This document shows, in pieces, positions 20,618-30,732 of a stretch of DNA of 43,299 bases (its first letter is position 1; each line of letters begins with the position of its first letter). Below the pieces are notes generated by a model. The model saw only the letters and a list, made by a program, of their open reading frames with translations, ran no database searches and was not told where the DNA came from. The stretch covers positions 1 to 43,299 of the forward strand of contig JAZSIT010000147.1 in assembly GCA_045533895.1 (NCBI GenBank), written 5' to 3'. A program made the position numbers and the translations under genes. Origin of the DNA: Eubacteriales bacterium (GTDB lineage: Bacteria; Bacillota; Clostridia; Oscillospirales; CAG-382).

Positions 20618-20646
20618 ATAATACCACAATTAACGCATTATGTCAA
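20618..20646 (-). promoter_or_regulatory. sigmaA promoter upstream of cdaA
   Basis: TTGACA-N17-TATTAT with TG extension, overlapping rdgB 3' end. Confidence 0.7.
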
Positions 20647-21244
20647 CATTATCGGCGGCAAACACGGAAGCAAAAGTTTTAACTGCTTTGCCTCTGTGGC
20701 TCACCCTATTTTTTGTTTCCATATCCATTTCCGCGAAGGTAAGACCATACTCTTCGTTAAGGAAAACGGGGTCGTAACCAAAGTCGCCGTCACCACGGCA
20801 TTCAAAGATTATTTTGCCTTCGCTGTACTCCTCGCAGTCCAGACGTTTTCCGCCAGGGAACACACAGCAAATATGGCAAACAAAGCGTGCTGTGCGTTTT
20901 TCAAGAGGAACGCCCTCAAGCTCGCGAAGAAGCTTTTCTATGTTGCGGATATCATCAGAATCCGCGCCGGAATAGCGCGCACTCATAACGCCGGGAGCGC
21001 CGTTCAATGCGTCAACAGCAAGCCCCGAATCGTCCGCAACTGCGGGGAGACCGCAGAAATCGCAAACGGTACGCGCTTTAATATATGCGTTTCCCTCAAA
21101 TGTATCGGCATCCTCGATAATATCGCCGGAAAAGCCAACCTCTTTGAGAGTGAGAATTTTAACTTTATCTCCGAAATATCCGTGAAAAAGCTCACGAAGC
21201 TCGGAAACCTTGTGTGCATTGTTGGTAGCAAATACTAAATCCAT
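20630..21244 (-). CDS. rdgB: Non-canonical purine NTP pyrophosphatase (RdgB/HAM1)
   Basis: FATNNAHK, ADDSGL.VDAL.GAPGV.SARY, FGYDP, SHRG; start could be 21244 or 21253. Confidence 0.96.
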   Translation of the reverse strand: MDLVFATNNAHKVSELRELFHGYFGDKVKILTLKEVGFSGDIIEDADTFEGNAYIKARTVCDFCGLPAVADDSGLAVDALNGAPGVMSARYSGADSDDIRNIEKLLRELEGVPLEKRTARFVCHICCVFPGGKRLDCEEYSEGKIIFECRGDGDFGYDPVFLNEEYGLTFAEMDMETKNRVSHRGKAVKTFASVFAADNVDIMR

Positions 21245-21245
21245 A

Positions 21246-22154
21246 TTAATCACCGAACATAGCCTTTACAAAATCATCCGGTGAGAAGGGACGGAGATCA
21301 TCCACACCCTCACCTACTCCGATAAATCTTACGGGGATATCCAAAGTATGCTTTATTGCAAGGACAAATCCGCCCTTTGCGGTGCCATCCAGCTTTGTAA
21401 GCACAAGACCCGATATACCTGCGGCTTTTCCGAACTCCTGTGTCTGCATTATAGCGTTCTGACCTGTAGTTGCATCAAGCACGATAAGTGTCTCACGATG
21501 GCAATCGGGAAGCTCTCTGTCAATAACACGATTGATCTTTGCAAGCTCGTCAAGAAGATTCTTCTTGTTATGAAGTCTGCCTGCAGTATCTACTATAAGC
21601 ACGTCTGCCTTTTGTTTGCGGGCGGCGGCAGCCGCGTCAAAAACAACTGCGGCAGGATCGGCGCCCTCGGACTGGCGAATCATCTGTACCCCTGCCCTGT
21701 CTGCCCAGACTCCGAGCTGTTCGATAGCGGCGGCACGGAAGGTATCTGCGGCGGCAAGAATAACCTTCTTACCTTCTGCCTTATACAAAGACGCCAGCTT
21801 ACCGATAGAGGTGGTCTTGCCTGCACCGTTTACACCGATGACAAGTATAACGTTAAGACCGTCCTTTATCTCAAGAGGCTGATATTCGCCGATAGTCTCG
21901 CCCATAATGCGGCGAAGCTCGGTTCTCGCCTTGTCCGCCTCCCAAATGTTTTTGTCTTTAAGGTCGGCACGGAGAGTTTCTACGATATAATCGGAAGTCT
22001 CCACACCTACGTCTGCCATTATAAGCACATCCATAAGTTCATCGTAAAAATCGTCGTCCACCTTTTCGGCAGAGGAAAACAATTTTTCAAGAGGGGTTAT
22101 AAGCGCCGCCTTGGTTTTTGCAAGACCTTGCTTTAATTTATCAAAAAAGCCCAT
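21246..22154 (-). CDS. ftsY: SRP receptor FtsY
   Basis: [31 protein letters not shown]. Confidence 0.98.
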   Translation of the reverse strand: MGFFDKLKQGLAKTKAALITPLEKLFSSAEKVDDDFYDELMDVLIMADVGVETSDYIVETLRADLKDKNIWEADKARTELRRIMGETIGEYQPLEIKDGLNVILVIGVNGAGKTTSIGKLASLYKAEGKKVILAAADTFRAAAIEQLGVWADRAGVQMIRQSEGADPAAVVFDAAAAARKQKADVLIVDTAGRLHNKKNLLDELAKINRVIDRELPDCHRETLIVLDATTGQNAIMQTQEFGKAAGISGLVLTKLDGTAKGGFVLAIKHTLDIPVRFIGVGEGVDDLRPFSPDDFVKAMFGD

Positions 22155-22165
22155 TGTTGCTCCTT

Positions 22166-25100
22166 TTATGAATGACTGTATTTTTTGATATTTTCTTCCA
22201 TCATATCCACGTTGAGACGGAGGTAATCGGAAACGCCCTTTTCGTACATGGTTACACCGTAAAGTACGTCTGCGCGCTCCATAGTTCCGCGTCGGTGGGT
22301 AATGAGAATATACTGGGTGGATTCGCTGTGCTCTCTTACGTAATCCGCAAACTTGGCAAGGTTAACATCGTCAAGGGCGGACTCAATTTCGTCAAAGATA
22401 CAGAAGGGAGAGGGGTTGATCTCCTGCAACGCCAGATACAAAGCGATAGCCGCAAAAGATTGTTCGCCGCCGGAAAGGAGAGAAATACTCTTTACGCTCT
22501 TTCCGGGAGGTCTTAAAATAATATCTATGCCGCATTCCAGAGGATTTTCGGGGTCTTCCAATTCAACTCTGCCGCTTCCGCCGCCGAAAAGTGCGGCAAA
22601 GGTGCGTCCGAAAGCGGAATTGATACGTTCAAAGCAATCTATAAAGGTGTCCTTCATTGTGCGTGACAGCTTTTCGATAGTGGAATCAAGCTGACGGCGC
22701 GTGCGGTTAAGGTCGTCTGTCTGTGCGGTAAGAAAATCAAAACGCTCTTTTTCCGTTTTGTATTCTTCCACAGCATTTACGTTTATATGACCCATTGCGC
22801 GTATCTTTGCGCGGAGAGACGCAACGCGGGTAGCCGCAGAGCCCATCTGTTCCGCAGGAAGCCTGTATGCACAGGCGGCGGTATAGGTAAGCTCATATTC
22901 GTCCCAAAGCTTTGCGGAAACAGTATCGTAATCGGTACCGAGGTTTTCACCACGGGATTCCAGCTCGGTAAACTTACGCAACGCTTCTTCCTTTTTGTTC
23001 TGGGCATCCTTAACCAGACCGCGTATATTTACTGCGTTCTTTTCTGATTCATCACGGGAGGAAAGAAGAGTTTGGAGCTTTTCGCGGTAAGATTTGGTTT
23101 CGTTTTCGTATTGAGCCTTGCGTACGTCGTACTCGGCAAGGGCGTTTTCGGATTTGACAGCGTTTTCCTCCGCTTCGCGGATGGACGCTTTTATATCCTC
23201 AACGCGGGAAACAATTCCGTCCTTCTTTTCTGTGAGAGCGCGGATATGGGTGTTCTGTCTGTCAAAGGACGAAGTCTTTTCAAACAGCTCAAGACGGATG
23301 CGGTTGCATTCCTCAAAAGCACTGCTCTCTTTAACCTTTGCCTGCGCAGACTCAAAGGACGCCTGCTCAAGAGAGGTGCGGAGAGAAGCCAATTCCGCTT
23401 CACTTTCAAGAAGACGGCTTTCCGCATCTGCAGAATCCTTTTCCGCATCCTGCTCCAGACGGGAGTTTTGCTGACGGATAGCCTCGTTATGACTGCTTTC
23501 CTCTTCCAGTCTTACTCTTATACCGTCGCATACGCGGACAGCATCGGTAACGCAAGCGGAAGCGGCTGCCACCAGCTTTTCGCACTCCTCTGCCTGCAGG
23601 CAAAGGGAATTATATTCATCATCAACCGCAATTTTCTTTTCCTCAAGAGACAGTATTTCTCTGTTTTTACCGTCTATCTCTGCGGAAAGGCGGTCAATAT
23701 CCATAGCACGGGTGAAAAGCCCTGTCTTTTTATGGGCACTGCCGCCGGTAATACTGCCGCCGGGGTTTACTGTCTGCCCGTCAAGAGTTACTGCTTTTAC
23801 CTTGTAACCGCAAGCGGCGGCAACTGCAGTAGCGGAATCCATAGTATCCGTAATTACTGTTCTGCCCAGAAGGTCATCCATAACAAGGCGGTATTTATCA
23901 TCGCTCTTAACAAGGTCGGAGGCGATGCCCAGATAACCCTCGATATTCTTAAAGGGTTCTTCGTTTACGCGGTTACCGCGCACTGTTTCGATAGGCAGGA
24001 AGGTGGCTCTGCCACCCGAGGTCTTTTTAAGATAACGCACCGCGTTCTTTGCATCCGCTTCTTTTTCGGTAATGATAAACTGTGCGGAGGCACCCAAAGC
24101 GGTCTCTAACGCCAGCACGTATTTTTCATCAACAGAAACCACAGATGATACCGTGCCTATGATACCGCCAAGCTCTTTGCCCGCAACGCTCATTACGTTT
24201 TTAACGCCATCGGAATATCCCTCAAAGAGAGCTTCCATTCTGCGCAGATTCTCTCTGCGGTGGTCAAGTGCGGAAATTTCAAGATTTATTGCGGAAATAT
24301 TATCTGTTATCTCCTTATGCAAAACGCGGTTGGAAGCGCACTTTGCCTGAACGTCTGCGCTTTGCGAAGTTGTTTTTTCATATTCGGCCACGCTCTTTTC
24401 GTGGTCGGCAGAAGCCTTTTCAAGGTCGGCACGAAGCTGTGTAATACGGGAAGCGGACGCCAAAAGCTGTTGCTCCGCCTCGTCCCTCGCTTTAACAGAC
24501 TGCTCCAACTTCACACGAAGGCCTGCATAAGTTTCGCGAAGGGAGGAAACCTTCTCATACAAAGCGGTATATTCGCTGCTTGCCTTTTGCTCTGCTTCGG
24601 ATGCGTTTACCGCTTTTTCTCTGCAGGCAGAATAAATTTCCTCTGCGGCGGTAAATTCCTTGTTTACCTTTTCCATTTCACCGCGAAGAGATTCGCCAAC
24701 CTCCATAGCGGAGGAAAGCATATCCGCAACCATACTTAGCTCGCGCTCACTGCGGGAAATATCGTCTGCATACTGGCGAGCCACACGGCGGTAATGCTCG
24801 GCATCGTTAACGCGAAGAGCTTTTTCGGCTTCGACTGCAGCAACATTCTTTTCGCACTCGGATATAAGCCGCTCGGTCTCAGAAAGCTCGCGTCCGATAT
24901 CGTAGCCCTCACGGAGCGCGTTATCCAGCTTTTCGTCCAGCTCTTTTACAAGGTTTTCGCTGTTATCAAGAGAAAGACGCGCACCTGCAAGGTCAACGGC
25001 GTTTTTCTCCATCTCTGAACGAAGTTTATCTATTCTATCAAGCCAGAGAGTTATCTCCAGTCCCTTCTTTTCTTCGGAAAGAACAAGATATTTCTTTGCG

Positions 25101-25804
25101 TTTTCGGCTTCCTTTTCCAAAGGACCGATACGGGAAGCAACTTCGCTTAAAATATCGTTTATACGGGTAAGATTATTTTCGGTCTCAGCAAGCTTGCGCT
25201 CAGCCTCCGCTTTCTTATAGCGGAACTTGGATATACCTGCCGCTTCCTCAAAAATATCGCGTCTCTCGTGGCCTTTCTGTGAAAGCACCTCGGATATTTT
25301 ACCCTGAGATATTACAGAATAGCCTTCTCTGCCGATACCGGTATCATAGAAAAGCTCGTAAATATCCTTAAGTCTTACCTGTTTTTTGTTTATGTAATAT
25401 TCACTTTCACCGCTGCGATAATACTTGCGGGTAACAGTAACTTCGGTACCGTCGTGAAGCTTATATCCTTCATTTTGAGCGGAAGCAGACTGCTCTTCGG
25501 GATTAAGCTCCATAAAGGTCTGTGCATGTCTGTCATATTCGGCAGTAGTATCCAGAATAATAGACACCGAGGAAAAGTTTGCGGCGGGACGGGTGGGCGT
25601 ACCGTTAAAGATAACATCCTCCATCTTACTGCCGCGCAGACTCTTCATTGACATTTCGCCCAGAACCCAACGAACCGCATCGGAAATATTGGATTTACCG
25701 CTTCCGTTGGGACCGATAATGGCAGTTACACCGTTATCGAAGGTTATGCGCGTTTTATCGGGGAACGATTTGAACCCCTGCATTTCAATACATTTTAACT
25801 TCAA
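22166..25804 (-). CDS. smc: Chromosome segregation protein SMC
   Basis: GFKSF, GPNGSGKSN, hinge GRATFLP, LSGGE, DEIESALD. Confidence 0.98.
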   Translation of the reverse strand: MKLKCIEMQGFKSFPDKTRITFDNGVTAIIGPNGSGKSNISDAVRWVLGEMSMKSLRGSKMEDVIFNGTPTRPAANFSSVSIILDTTAEYDRHAQTFMELNPEEQSASAQNEGYKLHDGTEVTVTRKYYRSGESEYYINKKQVRLKDIYELFYDTGIGREGYSVISQGKISEVLSQKGHERRDIFEEAAGISKFRYKKAEAERKLAETENNLTRINDILSEVASRIGPLEKEAENAKKYLVLSEEKKGLEITLWLDRIDKLRSEMEKNAVDLAGARLSLDNSENLVKELDEKLDNALREGYDIGRELSETERLISECEKNVAAVEAEKALRVNDAEHYRRVARQYADDISRSERELSMVADMLSSAMEVGESLRGEMEKVNKEFTAAEEIYSACREKAVNASEAEQKASSEYTALYEKVSSLRETYAGLRVKLEQSVKARDEAEQQLLASASRITQLRADLEKASADHEKSVAEYEKTTSQSADVQAKCASNRVLHKEITDNISAINLEISALDHRRENLRRMEALFEGYSDGVKNVMSVAGKELGGIIGTVSSVVSVDEKYVLALETALGASAQFIITEKEADAKNAVRYLKKTSGGRATFLPIETVRGNRVNEEPFKNIEGYLGIASDLVKSDDKYRLVMDDLLGRTVITDTMDSATAVAAACGYKVKAVTLDGQTVNPGGSITGGSAHKKTGLFTRAMDIDRLSAEIDGKNREILSLEEKKIAVDDEYNSLCLQAEECEKLVAAASACVTDAVRVCDGIRVRLEEESSHNEAIRQQNSRLEQDAEKDSADAESRLLESEAELASLRTSLEQASFESAQAKVKESSAFEECNRIRLELFEKTSSFDRQNTHIRALTEKKDGIVSRVEDIKASIREAEENAVKSENALAEYDVRKAQYENETKSYREKLQTLLSSRDESEKNAVNIRGLVKDAQNKKEEALRKFTELESRGENLGTDYDTVSAKLWDEYELTYTAACAYRLPAEQMGSAATRVASLRAKIRAMGHINVNAVEEYKTEKERFDFLTAQTDDLNRTRRQLDSTIEKLSRTMKDTFIDCFERINSAFGRTFAALFGGGSGRVELEDPENPLECGIDIILRPPGKSVKSISLLSGGEQSFAAIALYLALQEINPSPFCIFDEIESALDDVNLAKFADYVREHSESTQYILITHRRGTMERADVLYGVTMYEKGVSDYLRLNVDMMEENIKKYSHS

Positions 25805-25808
25805 AAAA

Positions 25809-26807
25809 TCAATCCTCTATATAAATTCGAGCCGTATATTCGGGGATATCATCACAACCGTACACCGAAATATACTTGAATCCGTATACTTTCTTGAAAA
25901 ATTCGATATTTGCTCTGTGCTGTCCCGCCGCCTTTGACGGAGCGGACGCAGGCACATTTATTACAAGTTTTTTGCCCCGTTTTTCACCGATGAGGGCGGA
26001 TATTCTTCTGCGGTATATCTCGCTTTCCACCAATTCACCCATCGCGGGATGGGTGGCACCGTACGGTGCGGACACCAAGGATTCCGAAGCGTGTAGCCCC
26101 ACACGAAGCACTTTTACGCCACGTTCAAGGAATATCTCCATACAATCGGCACATCTGATAACTGCATCCTCTACCGAAAGCGGGGTGTATTCACCGCTTA
26201 ACGTCATACGGTACAGTGGTGTATCCTCAAAAACTACCGTAGGGTAAATGCGGGTTTCGTCCGCGCCCCATTGGCATATAGACTTTGCCGTTTGCACTTC
26301 GGTGCTTTTGTCCGAAAGAGGAAGTCCCACCATCATCTGTCCACCAAGACGGAAACCGTGTTTTTTAATGAGTTTGCAAGCCTTTTCGCTGTGCATGGCG
26401 GTATGTCCTCTGCCGGATGCCTGCAGTACCGCATCTGAAACACTTTGTATACCCAATTCGATTGCGGTAACACCTTTGCTTCGGAGCAAAGTAAGTATAT
26501 TGTCATCAATAAAATCCGGTCTGGTGGAAACTCGTATTCCGCTTACCTTGCCGTTTTTTACGTATTCGTATGCCGCGTCCAAAAGAGAGGTCATACGAGG
26601 TATGTCGATAGCGGTAAAGCTTCCGCCGAAAAAAGCAATTTCGCTTTCCTGCCACTTGCTTTCCAACGCCTTTTCAACGGTAACGTGAAAAGTATCCAGC
26701 TCTGCACGGCGGTCTACTCCCGTTATTTTTTTCTGGGAGCAAAATACGCAGGCGTTTGGGCACCCCTCCTGGGGAATAAAAACAGGTATGTTACGATGGG
26801 TCTTCAT
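25809..26807 (-). CDS. Elp3-like radical SAM protein (conserved between rnc and smc)
   Basis: NIPVFIP..GCPNACVFC.Q, AFFGGSFT, STRPD, IELGIQS; start ATG 26807. Confidence 0.9.
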   Translation of the reverse strand: MKTHRNIPVFIPQEGCPNACVFCSQKKITGVDRRAELDTFHVTVEKALESKWQESEIAFFGGSFTAIDIPRMTSLLDAAYEYVKNGKVSGIRVSTRPDFIDDNILTLLRSKGVTAIELGIQSVSDAVLQASGRGHTAMHSEKACKLIKKHGFRLGGQMMVGLPLSDKSTEVQTAKSICQWGADETRIYPTVVFEDTPLYRMTLSGEYTPLSVEDAVIRCADCMEIFLERGVKVLRVGLHASESLVSAPYGATHPAMGELVESEIYRRRISALIGEKRGKKLVINVPASAPSKAAGQHRANIEFFKKVYGFKYISVYGCDDIPEYTARIYIED

Positions 26808-27516
26808 CAAGCTCACCAAGTACGGCAAGAGCTTCACGGGCGGCATGCTGTTCCGCCTCCCGCTTGGTTCTTCCCCTGCCCTCTCCCAGACAGTTGGAAT
26901 TAAGCATTACGCGGAAGGTAAACACACGGTCGTGAGGAGGGCCTTCCTCGCTTACGGGAACGTACTCAAGCAGTTCCTCGGGAGTTTGCTGTACTATTTT
27001 CTGCAATCTGGATTTATAATCCTCGTTGCCGCCTTTTGCCAATTTTGCTATTGCACCTTTTATGCGGGGCATGAGAAAACGCTTTGCCTGCTCCATACCG
27101 CCGTCAAGATAAATTGCGGCAAGCAACGCCTCAAATGCGTCTGCCACAGTGCTTTTCCTGTCTCTGCCGTTGGTAACCGCTTCGCCGTGTCCCATACGCA
27201 GATAAGAGCCTAAATCAATTTCCTTTGCAAATTCGCTCAAAGAATTTTCGCACACCACGTTTGCTCTTATTCTGGTAAGATGACCTTCGTCCAGTTCCGG
27301 CAATGATCTGTATATATGCTCGGAAACGATAACCGACAAAATAGAATCTCCCAAAAACTCAAGTCTTTCGTTAGAGCAGTAAGCTGTTCTTTGTTTGGTT
27401 TCGTTTACAAAGGAAGAGTGTGTAAGTGCGTTGAGAACATAATCCTTGTTGCGGAAAACATAGCCGATCTTTTTCTCAAGCTCTGTATAATGCAGGGGCT
27501 CAATTAACTGATTCAC
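26791..27516 (-). CDS. rnc: Ribonuclease III
   Basis: NERLEFLGDS, ADAFEA, C-terminal dsRBD (DYKSRLQ, GPPHDR.F). Confidence 0.98.
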   Translation of the reverse strand: MNQLIEPLHYTELEKKIGYVFRNKDYVLNALTHSSFVNETKQRTAYCSNERLEFLGDSILSVIVSEHIYRSLPELDEGHLTRIRANVVCENSLSEFAKEIDLGSYLRMGHGEAVTNGRDRKSTVADAFEALLAAIYLDGGMEQAKRFLMPRIKGAIAKLAKGGNEDYKSRLQKIVQQTPEELLEYVPVSEEGPPHDRVFTFRVMLNSNCLGEGRGRTKREAEQHAAREALAVLGELDEDPS

Positions 27517-28504
27517 TGTTTATAGCCTCCTTAAGTTTGGGAATAAGTCCGCTCTCATGGAAGGTTTTTGCCTGACGGATAGCGGTGTATATGCTCTTTT
27601 CGTCCGAGCTTCCGTGAGCTTTTATTACCGGCTTTGCAAGTCCCAGGAAGGGTGCGCCGCCGTGCTCGCGGTGGTCAACCTGCTTTTTAAGAGCGGTTAT
27701 CTGCTTTTTGGTAAGTGCACCTGCAACCTTGGAAACGGGATTTGCATAAAAGATGCCTTTTATCTTTCTGTTCATAAACAATCCCATACCTTCGATAGTC
27801 TTAAGCAGAATATTTCCGGTAAATCCATCGCACACAATAACATCGCAGGTATCGCCGGGAATATCTCGTCCCTCTACGTTGCCCACAAAATTTATTCCCC
27901 TTGCTTCACGCAGGATAGCGTTGGCTTCAACGTAAAGGGGTGTACCCTTGGTGGTCTCACTTCCGTTATTCACCAGACCGATACGGGGATTATCTATTCC
28001 CATTACCAGATTTGCATAAAGACTGCCCATATAGGCAAAGGTGCGGAGAAGCTCGGGCGTGGCGTCGATATTGGCGCCGGAATCCACAATAAGCACGGGG
28101 TTTTCCAGCGGAACGACTGCACCGAGCGCCGCACGGCGTATACCGGGAAGTCTGCGCACCTTAAGGGATGACACAGTGAACAGCGCGCCGGTGTTTCCTG
28201 CGGAAACAAGTGCATCCGCCTTTCCGTCCTTAACAAGCTCTGCGGCAACCGCCATAGAGCAGTCTGCCTTTTCCTTAAGCACCGCAGAAGGATTATCCTC
28301 CATGGTAATTACGCTTTTTGCGTGGACTACCGAAATATTATCCGGAGCGTTTCCGTTTTTCAGTATTTCTTTATAAATGGCATCGCTGTCGCCAACAAGT
28401 ATTATATCTATAGGCAGTTGCTGTGCCGCGCGCAACGCGCCTGCAACTACCGATTCGGGCGCTTTATCTCCGCCCATTGCATCTACGGCTATTGTAGTTC
28501 TCAT
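27500..28504 (-). CDS. plsX: Phosphate acyltransferase PlsX
   Basis: IAVDAMGGD.AP, SAGNTGA, CDGFTGN, IKAHGSS; start ATG 28504. Confidence 0.97.
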   Translation of the reverse strand: MRTTIAVDAMGGDKAPESVVAGALRAAQQLPIDIILVGDSDAIYKEILKNGNAPDNISVVHAKSVITMEDNPSAVLKEKADCSMAVAAELVKDGKADALVSAGNTGALFTVSSLKVRRLPGIRRAALGAVVPLENPVLIVDSGANIDATPELLRTFAYMGSLYANLVMGIDNPRIGLVNNGSETTKGTPLYVEANAILREARGINFVGNVEGRDIPGDTCDVIVCDGFTGNILLKTIEGMGLFMNRKIKGIFYANPVSKVAGALTKKQITALKKQVDHREHGGAPFLGLAKPVIKAHGSSDEKSIYTAIRQAKTFHESGLIPKLKEAINSESVN

Positions 28505-30723
28505 TTTTTGCTTTCCTCTGTCCATCCGCAGTTACCGCGGCAATAATACTGGTCTTTGTTCTTCTTTTTGAGCACTATATCTCCGCACTGGGGACATCTT
28601 CTTGTCTGGGGAATATCCCAAGAGATAAATCCGCAAGCAGAATCCTCACAAACGTAATAAGTCGTCTTTTTCTTGCTGGTGCGTATAACTATACGCTTAC
28701 CGCAGTTGGGACATACCACGCCGCTGTCCTTGATAACAGGAAGCGTGGTTTTGCAGTTGGGATATGAACGGCAGGCAAAAAAGCTTCCGTATCTGCCCTT
28801 GCGAAGCACCATTTCGCCGCCACAGGCAGGACACTTCTCGTCGGAAACAATTTCCTTTGCGTCAATTGGCTTTTGCTCGGTTTCTAAAGGCTTGGTATTC
28901 TTGCACTTGGGGTAATTGGGGCAAGCTGCGAATTTTCCGTAGCGTCCTGAACGGATAACCATTACAGATCCGCACTTTTCGCAGATCATATCCGTTTTTT
29001 CGGGTTCTACAGTAATTCTGTTGGCACCGATGGTGCTTTCTGCGGCGGAAAGTTCCTCGGTTAAATCCTTATAAAAGCCTTCAAGCACGGCAATATAATC
29101 CTTATCGCCGGATTCGATCTCGTCAAGATTTTCTTCCATTTCGGCGGTGAAGTTATAGTCAACTATCCGAGAAAATGCGTTCATCATAAGATCTGTGGTA
29201 ACAAAGCCAAGGTCTGTGGGAACAAGGGATTTACCCTCTCTTACAACGTATCCTCTTGCGATAATGGTTGTAATTGTAGTAACTATAGTGGAAGGTCTGC
29301 CGATACCTTTTTCTTCCAGCATCTTTACCAAAGAGCCTTCGGTGTATCTGAAAGGAGGCGCGGTAAAATGCTGCTCGGGCAGAATGGCAGAGCATACGCA
29401 AACGTCGTTTTCGTTAAGAGGAGGAAGCTTATCCTTGGCCAGATCGTCATCACCGCTATCCGAATCATCGCAGATAACCAGATATCCGGGGAATCTTACG
29501 GTTGCACCCGTTGCACGGAAAATATTTCCCTTTGCGTCCAAGTCCACGGAAACTGTATCTATTTCCGCAGGCTTCATCTGGCTGGCGATAAAACGGTCGT
29601 ATATAAGCTTATACAGACGGTACTGGTCTGTGGTAAGACGGCTTTTTATCATATCGGGGGACAGGGTGGGGTCGGAAGGACGGATAGCCTCGTGAGCGTC
29701 CTGCGCGCCCTTTTTTGCCTTGTAGATATTGGGGATGGAAGGATAATACTTATCGCCGTATCTGCCAACGATATATTCCTTCGCGGCGGCACGTGCTTCG
29801 TCCGAAACGCGAAGTGAGTCAGTACGCATATAGGTGATAAGACCGTGGGTGCCGCGCTCGCCGATATTAATACCCTCGTATAATTCCTGCGCGATCATCA
29901 TAGTGCGCTGGGTGGGAAGAGAAAGACGGCGGTTTGCCTCCTGCTGGAGGGTACTTGTGGTAAAGGGAGGCTGGGGGCGGCGATGCTTTACGGAGCGCTT
30001 TACGGAGGAAACCGTAAAAGGCGAATTTTTAACGCCGTTTACAACAGCCATGGCATCCCCTTCGTTATGAAGTTCCTGCTTGCCTGCGGAAGTGCCGAAA
30101 TACTTTGCAGTAAATGTTTCTCCTGCGGAATTGGCAAGCTTTGCCGTTACTGTCCAGTATTCATCGGGCACAAACGCCTGAATCTCTCTTTCCCTCTCTA
30201 CAATAAGACGGGTGGCAACCGACTGAACACGTCCTGCAGAAAGACCGTTCTTAATCTTTTTCCACAGGAAGGGGCTTATTTTATAACCTACAAGTCTATC
30301 CAGAATACGGCGGGTCTGCTGTGAATTGACCAAATCCATATCTATATTACGGGGAGATTTTATTGCTTCTTTAACTGCCGCTTTGGTTACCGAGTTAAAG
30401 GTTATACGCTTTATTTTTTCTTCGGGTATACCCAGTACGGCTGCGAGATGCCAGCTTATAGCCTCTCCCTCACGGTCAGGGTCGGCTGCAAGAAGAACTT
30501 TATCGGCGTTTTTTGCCTCTTTTTTAAGTTCTTTTATAAGGTCGCCCTTGCCGCGTATGTTGATATACTGAGGCTCGAATCCGTTTTCAACGTCAATACC
30601 CAGTTTGCTTTTGGGAAGATCCCGTACGTGGCCGTTGGAGGCTATTACTTTATAGCCTTTGCCCAAAAAGCCTTTGACGGTATGTGCCTTGGTAGGCGAC
30701 TCAAGTATTACAAGTGTGCTCAT
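28501..30723 (-). CDS. topA: DNA topoisomerase I
   Basis: LVILESP.KA, DPDREGE, SAGRVQ, ITYMRTD, C-terminal zinc ribbons. Confidence 0.98.
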   Translation of the reverse strand: MSTLVILESPTKAHTVKGFLGKGYKVIASNGHVRDLPKSKLGIDVENGFEPQYINIRGKGDLIKELKKEAKNADKVLLAADPDREGEAISWHLAAVLGIPEEKIKRITFNSVTKAAVKEAIKSPRNIDMDLVNSQQTRRILDRLVGYKISPFLWKKIKNGLSAGRVQSVATRLIVEREREIQAFVPDEYWTVTAKLANSAGETFTAKYFGTSAGKQELHNEGDAMAVVNGVKNSPFTVSSVKRSVKHRRPQPPFTTSTLQQEANRRLSLPTQRTMMIAQELYEGINIGERGTHGLITYMRTDSLRVSDEARAAAKEYIVGRYGDKYYPSIPNIYKAKKGAQDAHEAIRPSDPTLSPDMIKSRLTTDQYRLYKLIYDRFIASQMKPAEIDTVSVDLDAKGNIFRATGATVRFPGYLVICDDSDSGDDDLAKDKLPPLNENDVCVCSAILPEQHFTAPPFRYTEGSLVKMLEEKGIGRPSTIVTTITTIIARGYVVREGKSLVPTDLGFVTTDLMMNAFSRIVDYNFTAEMEENLDEIESGDKDYIAVLEGFYKDLTEELSAAESTIGANRITVEPEKTDMICEKCGSVMVIRSGRYGKFAACPNYPKCKNTKPLETEQKPIDAKEIVSDEKCPACGGEMVLRKGRYGSFFACRSYPNCKTTLPVIKDSGVVCPNCGKRIVIRTSKKKTTYYVCEDSACGFISWDIPQTRRCPQCGDIVLKKKNKDQYYCRGNCGWTEESKK

Positions 30724-30732
30724 ATATTCTCC

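Noticed and set aside
23072-24109. 345-aa ORF antisense to smc, and similar ORFs opposite ftsY, rel, plsX and pepF
   Set aside because: Shadow ORFs fully overlapping well-supported genes
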